This document shows, piece after piece, positions 15,003 to 24,916 of a DNA stretch of 64,000 nt; position 1 is the stretch's first letter, and each line of letters opens with the position of its first letter. A program made the position numbers and the translations under genes. The notes under the pieces were generated by a model, which did not search any database, was not told the DNA's origin, and saw nothing but the letters and a program-made list of their open reading frames with translations. This DNA comes from Longimicrobium sp. (lineage in GTDB: Bacteria > Gemmatimonadota > Gemmatimonadetes > Longimicrobiales > Longimicrobiaceae): assembly GCF_036388275.1 (NCBI RefSeq), contig NZ_DASVSF010000108.1, positions 13,626-77,625 of the forward strand, written 5' to 3'.

Positions 15003-16322
15003 TTACAGGCCGGCGCCCAGCGAGGTGCCGGTCAGCGCGCGGTACAGGTTCGCGCGGCCGTTGCCGTACTTGGTGTCGTAGCCCGCCGTGCCGATGTCGT
15101 CGGTGGTGCTCTCGAGGCGGCTGCGCAGCGCGTTGCCACGCAGGCCCGTCTTGCTGGCGATCACCGCGGCGACGCCGGTCACGTTCGGGGTGGCCATCGA
15201 GGTGCCCTGGAGCATGGCGTAGCCGCCGCTCAGGTACGAGGCCCAGATGCCCATCTCGTCCGTGGTGTTGCTGTACAGCTGGCCGCCCGGGGCCGAGATG
15301 TCCAGGCCGCTGCCGTACTGCGAGTACGTGGTCAGGGTGCCGCTCCAGTTGAGCGCCGACACCGAGATGGCGTACGGGTCGCAGGCGGGGCAGCCAACCT
15401 TGCCGCTGCCGCTGTTGCCGGCGGCCGCGATCACCAGCACGCCCTTGGTCACGGCGGCGTACTTGATGGCTTCCTTCTCGGAGCGCGACTCGATGCTGCC
15501 GCCCAGCGACAGGTTCATCGCCACCATGCCCGGGTAGTCAGCCGCCGCGTAGATGGCGTTGACGATGGCCGAGGTGGGGCAGCCGTTGGGGCCGCAGACG
15601 CGCTGAACGAGGATCTTCACGTTGCTGGCGGCGCCGGCGACACCCGCCACGCCGACCGTGCTGCCGGCCATGGTGCCGCTGGTGTGCGTGCCGTGGCCGT
15701 CTTCGTCCTCGGGGTTGTTGTCGCCGGTCACCCAGTCCTTGCCCGCGATCAGGCGGCCCGTGAACTCGGGGTGGTCCATGTCGACGCCCGTGTCGATGCT
15801 GCTGATGACCACCGGCGAGCCGCCGGCGCCGCTGCCCTCGACCACGTCCATGTCGGCGTCGAGCACCGAGGCATACGAGGCGGGCAGGGGCTGGCCGTAG
15901 CGCGAGTCAGCCGGATCGCTGAAGTACGCCGTCATGCCGCCCGGGTTGTAGAAGGCCCACAGCTTGGGGTTGATGGCAAGCGGCTGGCGCAGGAAGTTGG
16001 GCTCCGCGTACTCCACGCGCTCGTCCTGCATCAGGCGCTCGGCCTCGGCGCGCTCAGCGCCGCGCTCCACACCCACCACCGAGGTGCGGCTGGCGGAGGC
16101 CAGGGCACGGTTGAACGAAGGTCCGTCCGCACGGCCGGTCAGGTCGGTGATCGAGAAGCCGGGCTTCATCTTCACCAGCACCTCGCCGGGAACCACGGCG
16201 TCCGACACCGACTGGCGCGGGGCGATCTCGGTGGGGCGCGCCTCGGGGGCGTTGGGAGCGTCGGCGCAGGCGGCAGCGGCCAGCGTGAGCAGCCCGGCGG
16301 CTGCGATGCGGTAACGGTACAT
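15003..16322 (-). CDS. Secreted S8 (subtilisin-like) serine peptidase
   Basis: Signal/lipobox MYRYRIAAAGLLTLAAAAC. Catalytic triad motifs DTGVDMDHPE, HGTHTSGT, GTSMATPNVTG. Confidence 0.9.
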   Translation of the reverse strand: MYRYRIAAAGLLTLAAAACADAPNAPEARPTEIAPRQSVSDAVVPGEVLVKMKPGFSITDLTGRADGPSFNRALASASRTSVVGVERGAERAEAERLMQDERVEYAEPNFLRQPLAINPKLWAFYNPGGMTAYFSDPADSRYGQPLPASYASVLDADMDVVEGSGAGGSPVVISSIDTGVDMDHPEFTGRLIAGKDWVTGDNNPEDEDGHGTHTSGTMAGSTVGVAGVAGAASNVKILVQRVCGPNGCPTSAIVNAIYAAADYPGMVAMNLSLGGSIESRSEKEAIKYAAVTKGVLVIAAAGNSGSGKVGCPACDPYAISVSALNWSGTLTTYSQYGSGLDISAPGGQLYSNTTDEMGIWASYLSGGYAMLQGTSMATPNVTGVAAVIASKTGLRGNALRSRLESTTDDIGTAGYDTKYGNGRANLYRALTGTSLGAGL

Positions 16323-16635
16323 GGGCTTCCTTGCAGGGGGATGGTGCGTGAACGATACGCCTGACGGGATTGGACAGGTCCGCTCGTTCGGTGTGATGCA
16401 TCGGGGTAAGGCAACGAGCGCGCCACTCGGAAGCCGCCGTGTGTTTCCGCGTAACTGCTTGTGTTTTCATCGTTTGGGTCGATGCAGCTACTCTGCACGG
16501 ATGGCACGTTCCGATGCACCGCGCACCGTTCTGGTGCACCATCTGGGGCGGGCGTCGCTTTCAATCAGTGCGAGCGAAGCCACTTAACTGCTACACGAAG
16601 GTGTGGCAGGAACAAGGAGCCGCTACCCAGGTCCT

Positions 16636-16852
16636 GAAGTGTACCCCCTCTCCCACGCTGTTTGTGGGAGAGGGTGGAACGCGTGTCAGCGCGGCCGGGT
16701 GAGGGCCCCACGGCAGCCGAGGCCTCAGCTCCAGTGACCGCTGCCCGCGCCCTGGCTTGTACGCATCCGCGGCTGGATCCTTCGCCCCGCGTGGCCCGTC
16801 GTACGGGAGAGTGCGGTGCGCTTGGGGCTCAGGATGACAGGGCTTTCGTGCG
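16636..16852. repeat. D+B composite repeat (about 215 nt), second copy of the element at about 5165-5385
   Basis: gaagtgtaccccctctcccacgctgtttgtgggagagggtggaacgcgtgtcagcgcggccgggtgagggc...ggatccttcgccccgcg...cttggggctcaggatgacagg. Confidence 0.8.
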
Positions 16853-16993
16853 CCATCCTGCTACCGAAGATGACAGATGGTTGCGCACCACGGGACGGAT
16901 GGCGCTCTTGCGGCGCGGGGCGAACGCCCGGCAGCTTGGGCGCGAGGCCGCGGCGTGCTCCTCGCGGCGACACCCCAGAACCCCTGGACGATC

Positions 16994-17120
16994 ATGCGTA
17001 TCCGTATCCCTGTTCTCGCCGCCCTGGCCGGCGCGGCGCTCGCGGCCAGCCCCGGCGCCGCGCAAGAGAGGCGGCCCCTGACCGCGCTGGACCTGTACCA
17101 GATGCGCACGGGCGGGCGGC
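16994..17120 (+). other. Signal-peptide-coding segment of the S9 peptidase, lying in a different frame from the main ORF (apparent 1-nt frameshift near 17111-17121)
   Basis: ATG at 16994 gives MRIRIPVLAALAGAALAASPGAAQERRPLTALDLYQMRTGGR, and the frame then degenerates. The peptidase frame resumes at GTG 17121 (VALSPDGRRVVFVQ). The junction lies in the G/C run acgggcgggcggcgtggcg. Confidence 0.55.
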
Positions 17121-19148
17121 GTGGCGCTTTCGCCGGACGGGCGTCGCGTCGTGTTCGTGCAGACGGAGGTGGATTCGGCAGAGAACCGCTATCGGCGCGA
17201 CCTGTGGATCGCCAACACCGACGGCACGGGGCTGCGCCGGCTGACGTGGACCAACGCCGCCGCCATCGGCGCGCCGCGGTTTTCGCCGGACGGGCGGATG
17301 CTGGCGTTCAGCCAGGCGCGGCAGGGCGGGCGCGGGCAGGTGTGGATCCTTCCCCTGGCCGAGGGCGGCGAGGCGTGGCCGCTGACCAGCCTGCCCACCG
17401 GCGCCGGCGGCCCCGTGTGGTCGCCCGACTCACGCCGCATCGCCTTCACCTCGCAGCTCACGCCCCAGCAGCTGGCGGCCACGGACTCCGCCGCGGCCGC
17501 CGATTCCACCCGTGCAGACTCGGCGCGCGGCCGGGTGGACGGGGCGGCGGTGCGCAACATCCACCGCGACCGGCAGGCGGCGCTGGCCTCCATCCGCGCC
17601 CTGCTGGCCGCCAACGCCGGCGAGCAGGACCCGCGCGTGGTCACCCGGCTGGACTACCTGGGCGAAACCTCCATCGAGGAAGAGCGCTATGGCCAGGTGT
17701 ACGTGGTCGACGTGCGGCAGGGCGCGCGGCCGGTGCAGATCACCCGCGCCGCGTACGGCATCGGCGCGCCCGAGTGGACGCCGCGCGGGGACTCGCTGGT
17801 GTTCAGCGCCGGCCCGCCCGCGGCCGGGCAGCACCCCGACTACCAGATGGAGAGCGACCTGGTGATCGCCCCGGCGTCGGGCGGCGGCACGCCGCGGACG
17901 CTCGCGGAGCCGCGCTTCGCCGAGAACAACGCGATCGTGTCGCCCGACGGCCGGTACATCGTCTACACGCGCTCGCTGCAGGCCGAGTTCTTTACCGCCA
18001 CCAACACCGAGCTGGTGGTGATGCGGCGCGACGGCAGCGACCGCCGCAGCGTCACCGGGGCGATGGACCGCGGCGTGGGCGCATTCACCATCACCGGCGA
18101 CGGCTGGCTGTACTTCACCGTGCAGTCCGAGGGCGCGCAGCCGCTGTACCGCACACGGCTGGACCGAATCGCCCCGGTGCCGGTGGTGCAGGGCCCGCGC
18201 GGTGTGCTGGCCTTCGACGTGGCGGGCGGGCGCGTGGCCTGGGCCGAGATGAACCCCGAGCGCCCCAGCGACGTGTACGTGGCCGACGCCGCCGGCCGCG
18301 GCGCCCGGCGTCTGACGGCGCTGAACGACTCGCTGCTCGCCCGTGTGTACACGAGCCCGTACCACGAGGTGTGGTATCCCTCGTTCGATGGGCGGCGCAT
18401 CCAGGGCTGGTACCTGCTCCCCATCGGCCACCGGCCGGGCGTGCGCGCGCCGCTGGCGGTGCAGATCCACGGCGGGCCGCACGCCATGTGGGGGCCGGGC
18501 GAGGCGTCGATGTGGCTGGAGTACCAGATGCTGGCCGGCGCCGGATACACCGTCTTCTTTTCGAACCCGCGCGGCTCCGGCGGATACGGCAACGAGGGGC
18601 TGCGCAGCATCCAGCGCGCCTGGGGTACGCCGCCCGCCCGCGACATCCTGATCGGCGCCGACACCATCCTGGCGCGCGGCCTGGCCGATCCCGCCAAGCA
18701 GGTGGTGACGGGCGGCAGCTACGCCGGGTTCATGACGGCGTGGCTGATCGCCAAGGAGTCGCCGGAGCGCTTCCGGGCGGCGGTGGCGGCCCGTGGCGTG
18801 TACGACCTGGCGATCTGGTACGGATCGTCGAACACCTGGCGGCTCTTCGAGGGCGAGTTCGGCACCCGCCCGTGGGAAGACCCCGAGGTGGTGCGCCAGC
18901 AGTCGCCGCTGACGTACGTGGCCAACATCCGCACGCCGCTCCTGCTCCTGCACGCCGACACGGATTTCCGCACCACCGTCGCGGGCGCCGAGGCCATGTA
19001 CCGCGCGCTCAAGGTGCTGGGGCGCGAGGTGGAGTTCGTGCGCTACCCGCGCGAGGGGCACGAGCTCACCCGCGCGGGCGAGCCCAAGCACCGCGTGGAC
19101 CACATGCTGAGGACGCTGGAGTACTTCGAGCGGTACGTTTCGCACTGA
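17121..19148 (+). CDS. S9 family serine peptidase (prolyl oligopeptidase / acylaminoacyl-peptidase type) with N-terminal beta-propeller
   Basis: Repeated SPDG propeller motifs. Nucleophile motif GGSYAGFMTAW. C-terminal LLLLHADTDFR and YPREGHEL (Asp/His of the triad). Confidence 0.85.
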   Translation: MALSPDGRRVVFVQTEVDSAENRYRRDLWIANTDGTGLRRLTWTNAAAIGAPRFSPDGRMLAFSQARQGGRGQVWILPLAEGGEAWPLTSLPTGAGGPVWSPDSRRIAFTSQLTPQQLAATDSAAAADSTRADSARGRVDGAAVRNIHRDRQAALASIRALLAANAGEQDPRVVTRLDYLGETSIEEERYGQVYVVDVRQGARPVQITRAAYGIGAPEWTPRGDSLVFSAGPPAAGQHPDYQMESDLVIAPASGGGTPRTLAEPRFAENNAIVSPDGRYIVYTRSLQAEFFTATNTELVVMRRDGSDRRSVTGAMDRGVGAFTITGDGWLYFTVQSEGAQPLYRTRLDRIAPVPVVQGPRGVLAFDVAGGRVAWAEMNPERPSDVYVADAAGRGARRLTALNDSLLARVYTSPYHEVWYPSFDGRRIQGWYLLPIGHRPGVRAPLAVQIHGGPHAMWGPGEASMWLEYQMLAGAGYTVFFSNPRGSGGYGNEGLRSIQRAWGTPPARDILIGADTILARGLADPAKQVVTGGSYAGFMTAWLIAKESPERFRAAVAARGVYDLAIWYGSSNTWRLFEGEFGTRPWEDPEVVRQQSPLTYVANIRTPLLLLHADTDFRTTVAGAEAMYRALKVLGREVEFVRYPREGHELTRAGEPKHRVDHMLRTLEYFERYVSH

Positions 19149-19205
19149 GGGGCCCCACCCCGGCCCCTCCCCGCACGGTACTGCTGTGCGGAGAGGGGAG
19201 CACTG
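19148..19205. repeat. Fam-D hairpin
   Basis: ggggccccaccccggcccctccccgcacggtactgctgtgcggagaggggag. Confidence 0.7.
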
Positions 19206-19261
19206 CGTCGGGGTTCGATGGGCTGCCGGGGCATGCCTCGGCAGCCGGGAGCACACGAAAA

Positions 19262-19292
19262 GCGGCGCGGCCCCCACCGGGAGCCGCGCCGC
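19262..19292. terminator. Fam-T palindrome GCGGCGCGGC-N11-GCCGCGCCGC with flanking A- and T-tracts (bidirectional terminator between convergent genes)
   Basis: gaaaaGCGGCGCGGCccccaccgggaGCCGCGCCGCtttcgtctt. The same palindrome occurs at 27170, 31073 and 34954. Confidence 0.7.
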
Positions 19293-19315
19293 TTTCGTCT
19301 TACGGACAGGTGCCG

Positions 19316-19768
19316 TCAGAGCGACGTCACCAGGATTGCGCCGGCGCCGTGGTCCAGGCCATACCGCTGCGTCGCCTCGTGCGATGGCAGGAACTCGATC
19401 TCGCGCACCTCGCCGGGCCGCATCTGCTCCAGCACCTGAATGCCGCCCATCCGAATGCCGTCACGGTACACCCACACCTGCTCGGCCCCCTGGGTGATGG
19501 ACACCTGCCCGCGGGCCCGCAGCCACGCGGGGCGGGCCCCCTGCAGCAGCGCCAGCAGGTCGCTTTCCGTTCGGGCCGCCAGATCTTCGCGCGTGAGGCG
19601 ATTGCGGTCGCGACGCGGCGCGCGCGCGGCCGGAGTGGCTGCGGGAGCCGGCGAGACGGCGGGGGGGGCACCACCGGACGGGGGGCTTCCCTGCGTACAG
19701 GCGGCGCCGGCGGCGCACAACGAAAGTGACGCGGCCGCCACGAAGGCGCGCAAGCTGAAGACGTTCAT
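19316..19768 (-). CDS. Hypothetical lipoprotein (150 aa) with a TonB-receptor-plug-like C-terminal pattern
   Basis: MNVFSLRAFVAAASLSLCAAGAAC, then a Pro/Ala linker, then ...VWVYRDGIRMGGIQVLEQMRPGEVREIEFLPSHEATQRYG..GAGAILVTS. The domain call is tentative. Confidence 0.55.
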   Translation of the reverse strand: MNVFSLRAFVAAASLSLCAAGAACTQGSPPSGGAPPAVSPAPAATPAARAPRRDRNRLTREDLAARTESDLLALLQGARPAWLRARGQVSITQGAEQVWVYRDGIRMGGIQVLEQMRPGEVREIEFLPSHEATQRYGLDHGAGAILVTSL

Positions 19769-20100
19769 GGGGGTGTACCGAGAGAGCGAGGGAGGGATGA
19801 AGTTGGCCGGAGCCGGGCGCGCACCGTCGCAGCCCGACCCTGGAATCGTGCCGAGACGGATCGTTGCCCGGCCGCCATTCGAGAGTAAACGCGGCGTGCA
19901 CGCGTGTCAACACCTGGTTTGTCCGCATCGGCGCGGCTGCCCGTACGCCGCAATGCGCATCGGCATCCTTGCCATGGCCCGGCGCCGCGCCCATAGTACG
20001 CCCACCACGAACATCCCCCACACGCACGCGCGCGAGCCGACCCCACCCGGCGCCGGCTCGCGCGCGAAACCGCCGGGCTTCACCCCTCGTAGTGCGCCGC

Positions 20101-21000
20101 ATGACAAAGACGACGATCAACGTGGGGGGCAAGCGCTCCCCGTTCTCCAGCAACCGGCCCAACCCGATGCAAAACGCAAAGACCGTGATGATGGGCGGAG
20201 GCGCGTTCCTCCTGCTCCTCCTGGTGTTCATTATGGGCACCAACTCCTTTACGCGGGTAGACAGCACCGAGCACTGCGTACTGACCCGCTACGGATCCGT
20301 GGTGAAGCGCAAGATGAGCACGGGGCTGAACTTTACCCCGCTCTCGGACCCCACGTGCTTCAAGATGACGCAGCGCAACTTTCCCGAGAACGAGGACGGC
20401 AAGGAAGTGATCCAGGCCACCACGGCCGACCCGGTGACGGTGGAAGGCGACGTCGCGGTCACCTGGAGCTACAACCCGAGCTCCATCTACCAGGTGTTCC
20501 TGGACAAGCGCACGCCCGAGGCCGCCGAGACGGAGGTGCTGAACGCCGTGCGCGAGGGCTACCGCAACGCGCTGAACGCGTGGACGGTCAACCGCATCTT
20601 CTCGGCGCAGCGCGCCAACCTGTCGGAAGACGTGCGGCGGCAGATCCAGTCGAAGCTGGGCAACCGCGCCATCATCCACCAGGTGTTCGTGCGCGACATC
20701 CGCATTCCGCCCGCCATCGAGCAGGCGCGCATCGCGGCGGCGCAGCAGGCCCAGGTGCTGGACAAGGCACAGAAGCAGTTCGTGATCGACAGCGTAGAGG
20801 CGCGCGGCCGCGTGATGCGCGCCGAGGCGGATGCGCGCGCCAAGGAGCTGGAGGCGCGGTCGTATGCCGCGAACCCTGCGCTGATCCAGCTGGAAAGCGC
20901 CAAGGCGATGAGCCAGGGCCTGTCGCAGGCGTGCCGCGGCGTGCAGACCTGCGTGATCGGCGGGAGCGTGATGGATACCTGGAAGAGCCAGGCGCCATGA
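20101..21000 (+). CDS. SPFH/Band-7 (prohibitin-like) domain membrane protein
   Basis: From the ATG at 20101: N-terminal TM GGGAFLLLLLVFIMG. SPFH-like core (VDSTEHCVLTRYGSVVK...GLNFTPL...) and an Ala/Gln-rich coiled-coil (IEQARIAAAQQAQVLDKAQKQ...). Confidence 0.8.
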   Translation: MTKTTINVGGKRSPFSSNRPNPMQNAKTVMMGGGAFLLLLLVFIMGTNSFTRVDSTEHCVLTRYGSVVKRKMSTGLNFTPLSDPTCFKMTQRNFPENEDGKEVIQATTADPVTVEGDVAVTWSYNPSSIYQVFLDKRTPEAAETEVLNAVREGYRNALNAWTVNRIFSAQRANLSEDVRRQIQSKLGNRAIIHQVFVRDIRIPPAIEQARIAAAQQAQVLDKAQKQFVIDSVEARGRVMRAEADARAKELEARSYAANPALIQLESAKAMSQGLSQACRGVQTCVIGGSVMDTWKSQAP

Positions 21001-21212
21001 TCGGCCTGGCCGTCTTTCTCCTGCTGATCCTGGTGGCGGGCGGGTCCATCGCGGCCCACGTCTCGGCGCACAACAAGATCGCGGGGCTCAGGGGGCAGCT
21101 CACGGAGCTGGAGCGCGAGCGGTCGCGGGACCGGGAGCTTCTGGAGGCGGTGCTGCTGGAAGATGCCGGCAAGGTCAGGCGGCTCGTGGGCACTCGCCCG
21201 CCCGCCGCGTAG
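20997..21212 (+). CDS. Small membrane protein (71 aa) translationally coupled to the SPFH gene
   Basis: ATGA overlap at 20997-21000. MIGLAVFLLLILVAGGSIAAHV TM followed by a charged helix. Confidence 0.5.
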   Translation: MIGLAVFLLLILVAGGSIAAHVSAHNKIAGLRGQLTELERERSRDRELLEAVLLEDAGKVRRLVGTRPPAA

Positions 21213-21240
21213 CCGGTCTCCGCCGGGGCTGGACGGGGTA

Positions 21241-21274
21241 GGGGCTGCCGTGCACGCCACGGCAGCCCCTTTTC
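21241..21274 (+). terminator. Rho-independent terminator
   Basis: GGGGCTGCCGTG-cacgc-CACGGCAGCCCC followed by TTTT. Confidence 0.8.
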
Positions 21275-21388
21275 GTCATCTGGGCGGGTGAACCCGCGGC
21301 TGGATCTGCGGAAAGCCCCGGCTCAAGCCGCTATCGCGTCCCGCCCGGGGCTTCCCCTGCACGCACACCGCACCTGCCGAACCCGCAC

Positions 21389-21600
21389 GATGTCATCCCG
21401 ATGGAGCGGCCCCGGCGGCCCTGCCCGTACACCGTAATCGGCAGCGACTGAGGGATCCGCCACACACGCTGCCTGATGCACCGGTGCGTCGGCTGGCCGG
21501 GCCCATGGAGCCGAGGCCGCGACTCTGCACGGGCGAATGAATTCGCTGCAACAAACACACGATGTCCGCCTGCGCGGACTGCACGCTTTCGTGTGCCTCC
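21389..21600. repeat. Fam-A copy (21389-21467) and inverted Fam-C copy (about 21520-21600)
   Basis: gatgtcatcccgatggagcggccccggc...ggcagcgactgagggatccgccacaca; gcacgggcgaatgaattcgctgcaacaaacacacgatgtccgcctgcgcggactg. Confidence 0.8.
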
Positions 21601-21741
21601 GGCGGTCGTGCGCGCCCATGCTCCGGTGCAAGCCCGACTGCGCCTGCGCGCAGGTTAAGCCCGACGGAACGCGTCAGCGGCCCGCGTCGGGCTTTCCGCT
21701 GTTGGTTACGACGGGTTCACCCGCTCCCGCAGAGGCGGGAC

Positions 21742-22068
21742 ATGCCGCCAAACACCGTCCCCATCGCGCACCGGGATGTCCCACGCAGTGGACATGTCGC
21801 CGAATCATCTGTATCCGCGGTGAGGGCACAGCCCCGCACCCGCTTCGACTCGCTGGCCGACATCTTCGACGCCATGCGCAGCCGGGCACGCGCCATGGGC
21901 GGCGATGCTATCGTCGGCCTTTCCATCCAGGAGCCGCGCGGTGAGACGGTCATCGTCAACAACGGCCCGGTGTCGGTAGCGTCCTCGTCCGGTTCCACCA
22001 CCTACTCCGGCACCGTCGTCCGCTTCGCCGACCCGAGCTGCGCCACCGCGCCAGCAAGCCAGACCTGA
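21742..22068 (+). CDS. Hypothetical protein (108 aa)
   Basis: ATG at 21742 preceded by GAGG. The FDSLADIFDAMRSRARAMGGDAIVGLSI pattern is reminiscent of YbjQ-like small domains, a weak resemblance only. Confidence 0.4.
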   Translation: MPPNTVPIAHRDVPRSGHVAESSVSAVRAQPRTRFDSLADIFDAMRSRARAMGGDAIVGLSIQEPRGETVIVNNGPVSVASSSGSTTYSGTVVRFADPSCATAPASQT

Positions 22069-22110
22069 CCCGCGAAGGTGTGGGCAGCCGGGAGGCAGCG
22101 AGTGCTCGGC

Positions 22111-23352
22111 TCATCCTCCCGGAACGATCCTGTACTTCACCAGCGTGGGCACGTCGAGCTCGTCCTTCTCGACGGCCCAGACCTGCGTGCGGTCCGCGTA
22201 CGCTACACGCACCCCGGCCGGCACCCACGCCCGCGCGATCATCCGGCCGCTCGCATCAAGCACGTGCCACCACGCCATCTCGCGGCCCAAGTCCTCGCGG
22301 CGAAGCCATATCGTGCCGTCGCGGCCGAGCACCAGTTCGGTGACAGGCGGCAGGAAGTGGGGGCGATACAGGTTCTGCCTGATCTGCCGGCGAAGCACCG
22401 CGGCCTCCGGAGTCCTGATCCGGGTTTCCCCGAGCCCCCCGACGTGTTCGTCCACCGCGCGCTCCACCCTCTCACGCGTCAGGGGCTGCGGCCGATATTG
22501 ATAGTTCCTGGAGAGTGTGACGCGCCCTGAGTAACGGAGGCGCTGGACGGAGAACACGGTCGAATCCGGACGCGTCGCGGCGTTCCGTCGCACGATGATC
22601 ACCGTGGAACCATCCGGCGAAACGGCGGTCAGCGGCGTGTCGGTGAACGGCTGCGGAAAGTAGGTCCGGCTCGTCCCCTCCGAGATCACGCCAAACTCGT
22701 TTCGGTCCTCGCGGCGCGCGAGCAGCCCGATGGGCTCGCCACGCGCGGTGAAGCGCACCATTGGGACGCTGACGGGTTTGGACCCGGCGATCACGAACAG
22801 GGGCGCCTGCCAGAAGCCCAGTACAGAGCCGTCCGCCAGGAGGCTGCCCGGGATGTGCGGACGTCCGTCGGTCAACGGTGCGGCGCGGGAGAAGGAGATG
22901 GAGCGAACGAACCTTCCGTTCGGCAGGAACAGGCTGATGCGCGTCTGCGGGGGATCGGCTACCCACAGCGTATCACCTCGCCACCCCAGGGAGGCCGGGC
23001 GCTCGAACTCGCCGGGGCCGCCACCCTCGCGTCCGATGGAGCGGAGGTAGCGCCCCCGCGCGTCGTAGACTTTTACGACGTTCTCCTGCGGCTGCGAAAC
23101 ATACACGCTCCCGTCGCGGCCGATCGTAACATCCGACACGGCGGACAGCGCGCCCGGCCCATCGCCCGTACCCGCGCGGACTTCCGGGGCCACCCGCCAG
23201 AGCGGCACCTGCGCCTGGGCGGCCAGCAACGAGTACCCGCCGACCAGCAGTGCAAACTGGACGACGGCAGAAACCTTCGGGTGCGAAATCAGAGCGTTCA
23301 GAGTTGGTTTCTGCCCTGACGAGTATCGACGACAGTCGACGGTAACTCCCAA
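22111..23352 (-). CDS. Secreted beta-propeller protein (6-bladed, NHL/TolB-like), paralog 1
   Basis: Repeated blade-like segments, for example IGREGGGPGEFERPASLGWRGDTLWVADPPQTRISLF. Shares this pattern with the downstream paralog. Start uncertain. Confidence 0.65.
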   Translation of the reverse strand: MGVTVDCRRYSSGQKPTLNALISHPKVSAVVQFALLVGGYSLLAAQAQVPLWRVAPEVRAGTGDGPGALSAVSDVTIGRDGSVYVSQPQENVVKVYDARGRYLRSIGREGGGPGEFERPASLGWRGDTLWVADPPQTRISLFLPNGRFVRSISFSRAAPLTDGRPHIPGSLLADGSVLGFWQAPLFVIAGSKPVSVPMVRFTARGEPIGLLARREDRNEFGVISEGTSRTYFPQPFTDTPLTAVSPDGSTVIIVRRNAATRPDSTVFSVQRLRYSGRVTLSRNYQYRPQPLTRERVERAVDEHVGGLGETRIRTPEAAVLRRQIRQNLYRPHFLPPVTELVLGRDGTIWLRREDLGREMAWWHVLDASGRMIARAWVPAGVRVAYADRTQVWAVEKDELDVPTLVKYRIVPGG

Positions 23353-23394
23353 CTCATTTCCTATCGCTACGGTATCGCAGTTCGTATCCGCTGA

Positions 23395-24675
23395 TCAGTG
23401 TGGTTTGTGCAGCGGATAGGAGCGGACGTGCTCGACGTCGAACTCATCCGACCAGACGCCGGTCACATGCTCGCGCCCGATGTCCGTCGCCCGGAAGCCA
23501 TCGGGAAGCCTGACCGTTCCGAGCAGCCGCCCTGACTGCTGAAATACCGCCCACGTACTGCCGGGGCTGCCGAGCTCCTGGTAGTCCTGTACCCAGAGGT
23601 TTCCGTCCGCATCGGTCAGCATGGCCGAGAAGGCCGGCAGGTACGGGGGACGGGGCATTCCCTGCAGGGCTTCGCCTAAGCGGGGGAAGCTCTCAACGAA
23701 GCGATCGAGGTGCGCCTGGGTGAAAGGCCGGCGCGGAACGTCTCTCCGGATGATCCGCTCAAGCCGCCCAGCTTCTCCATACTGCCGGATCTGATATGCG
23801 TCCGTGCTGCCGACATAGATGTGGGAGCCGTGGGCGGTGGCGCTCGGCGCCGGGGCGAAGGGCACCGTAATGCGGGAGACTCGACGGCCTGAGATGCGCT
23901 GGAACTGCGTAGTCCCCGGGCCAGTATGGATCGTGTCCATCCGGCTGCCCTCGCGCGAGAAGCGCACATAGGCCACGGAATCGCGGCTCACGCCTTCCCG
24001 CGGCGCAGCGGGGCGGTGCACGCCCATGATGAACGAGCCATCTTTCAGCACCCCGACCAGCACGGCTCCGGGACCGACCGAACGGATCGAAACCGACCGG
24101 GCGACCCTGCCCTCCGGGCTGATGATCGTAAAGCGGCCGTTCCCGGCGTCGAGCACCGCCAGCGAGTCACCGGGGAAAGAGACGAGCGCCTCGAGGCTGC
24201 GGAATTCTTCCGGTCCTCGGCCTGCGCGCCCCGCAGTGGCGAGCAGGCGTCCGCTCCGATCGAAAACATGCACCTGGCTGGAGCCGCCGTTGCCGACCGC
24301 GATCTTGCCGTCAGCCAGGCGGATCGCCCCTGCAACACCGTGCAGCTGGTGCCCGGGCTGATTCTCTGAGCCGATATCGACAACCGGCTCGCTTCCCACA
24401 CTCCATTCTGCACCTTGCGGCCAGACGGCCGCGGCGTTTTCGACGATCGCCGGCTCACCTTGGCTTGGGCGAGCATCCCGCTCGGAACCGCAGGCGGCCA
24501 GCACGAACGAGAGCAGAATCGCCGTTCCAATGAGTTGGACGCGGTGGCAAGGTTGGGCGCTGTGATCGCTAGACACGGGAGGGGAGGGCACTCGGATCAG
24601 GTGTAACGGGAGCATCCGAAGTGTATCGGCCTGGCTGAGTGCTGGCAAGGCAAAAACGACGATTCCGGGCGGCAA
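23395..24675 (-). CDS. Beta-propeller lipoprotein, paralog 2
   Basis: LLSFVLAACGSE lipobox. AGRAGRGPEEFRSLEALVSFPGDSLAVLDAGNGRFTII is equivalent to the paralog 1 motif. Start uncertain (probably MLPLHL...). Confidence 0.65.
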   Translation of the reverse strand: MPPGIVVFALPALSQADTLRMLPLHLIRVPSPPVSSDHSAQPCHRVQLIGTAILLSFVLAACGSERDARPSQGEPAIVENAAAVWPQGAEWSVGSEPVVDIGSENQPGHQLHGVAGAIRLADGKIAVGNGGSSQVHVFDRSGRLLATAGRAGRGPEEFRSLEALVSFPGDSLAVLDAGNGRFTIISPEGRVARSVSIRSVGPGAVLVGVLKDGSFIMGVHRPAAPREGVSRDSVAYVRFSREGSRMDTIHTGPGTTQFQRISGRRVSRITVPFAPAPSATAHGSHIYVGSTDAYQIRQYGEAGRLERIIRRDVPRRPFTQAHLDRFVESFPRLGEALQGMPRPPYLPAFSAMLTDADGNLWVQDYQELGSPGSTWAVFQQSGRLLGTVRLPDGFRATDIGREHVTGVWSDEFDVEHVRSYPLHKPH

Positions 24676-24916
24676 ACGACGGGGGCGAAGAATTTGATGC
24701 CTCGCAACACTCGGCTAAAAGGACAAGCACTGTATCGATAGGGAAGCTGCTTGGGCAGCCCCTCCAGACCTCCAAAGCGCTTTGTCGCTTGGCGGCCAGG
24801 ACGGGATTGGCGGCGATGCAGTTGAAGGTTACGTTCCGAGGGGAATCCGACTAGTCTTTCCCGGTCATGGCGGAATCAACCTCCTGTTCGGCCCAGGTTC
24901 TTTGCGAATCTCTCCA

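Noticed and set aside
16877-19729. 950-aa ORF in the alternative frame of the S9 peptidase
   Set aside because: Only its first about 40 codons after the ATG at 16994 look genuine (signal peptide). The rest is R/A/G-rich noise, and the 17121..19148 frame carries the GGSYAG nucleophile motif.
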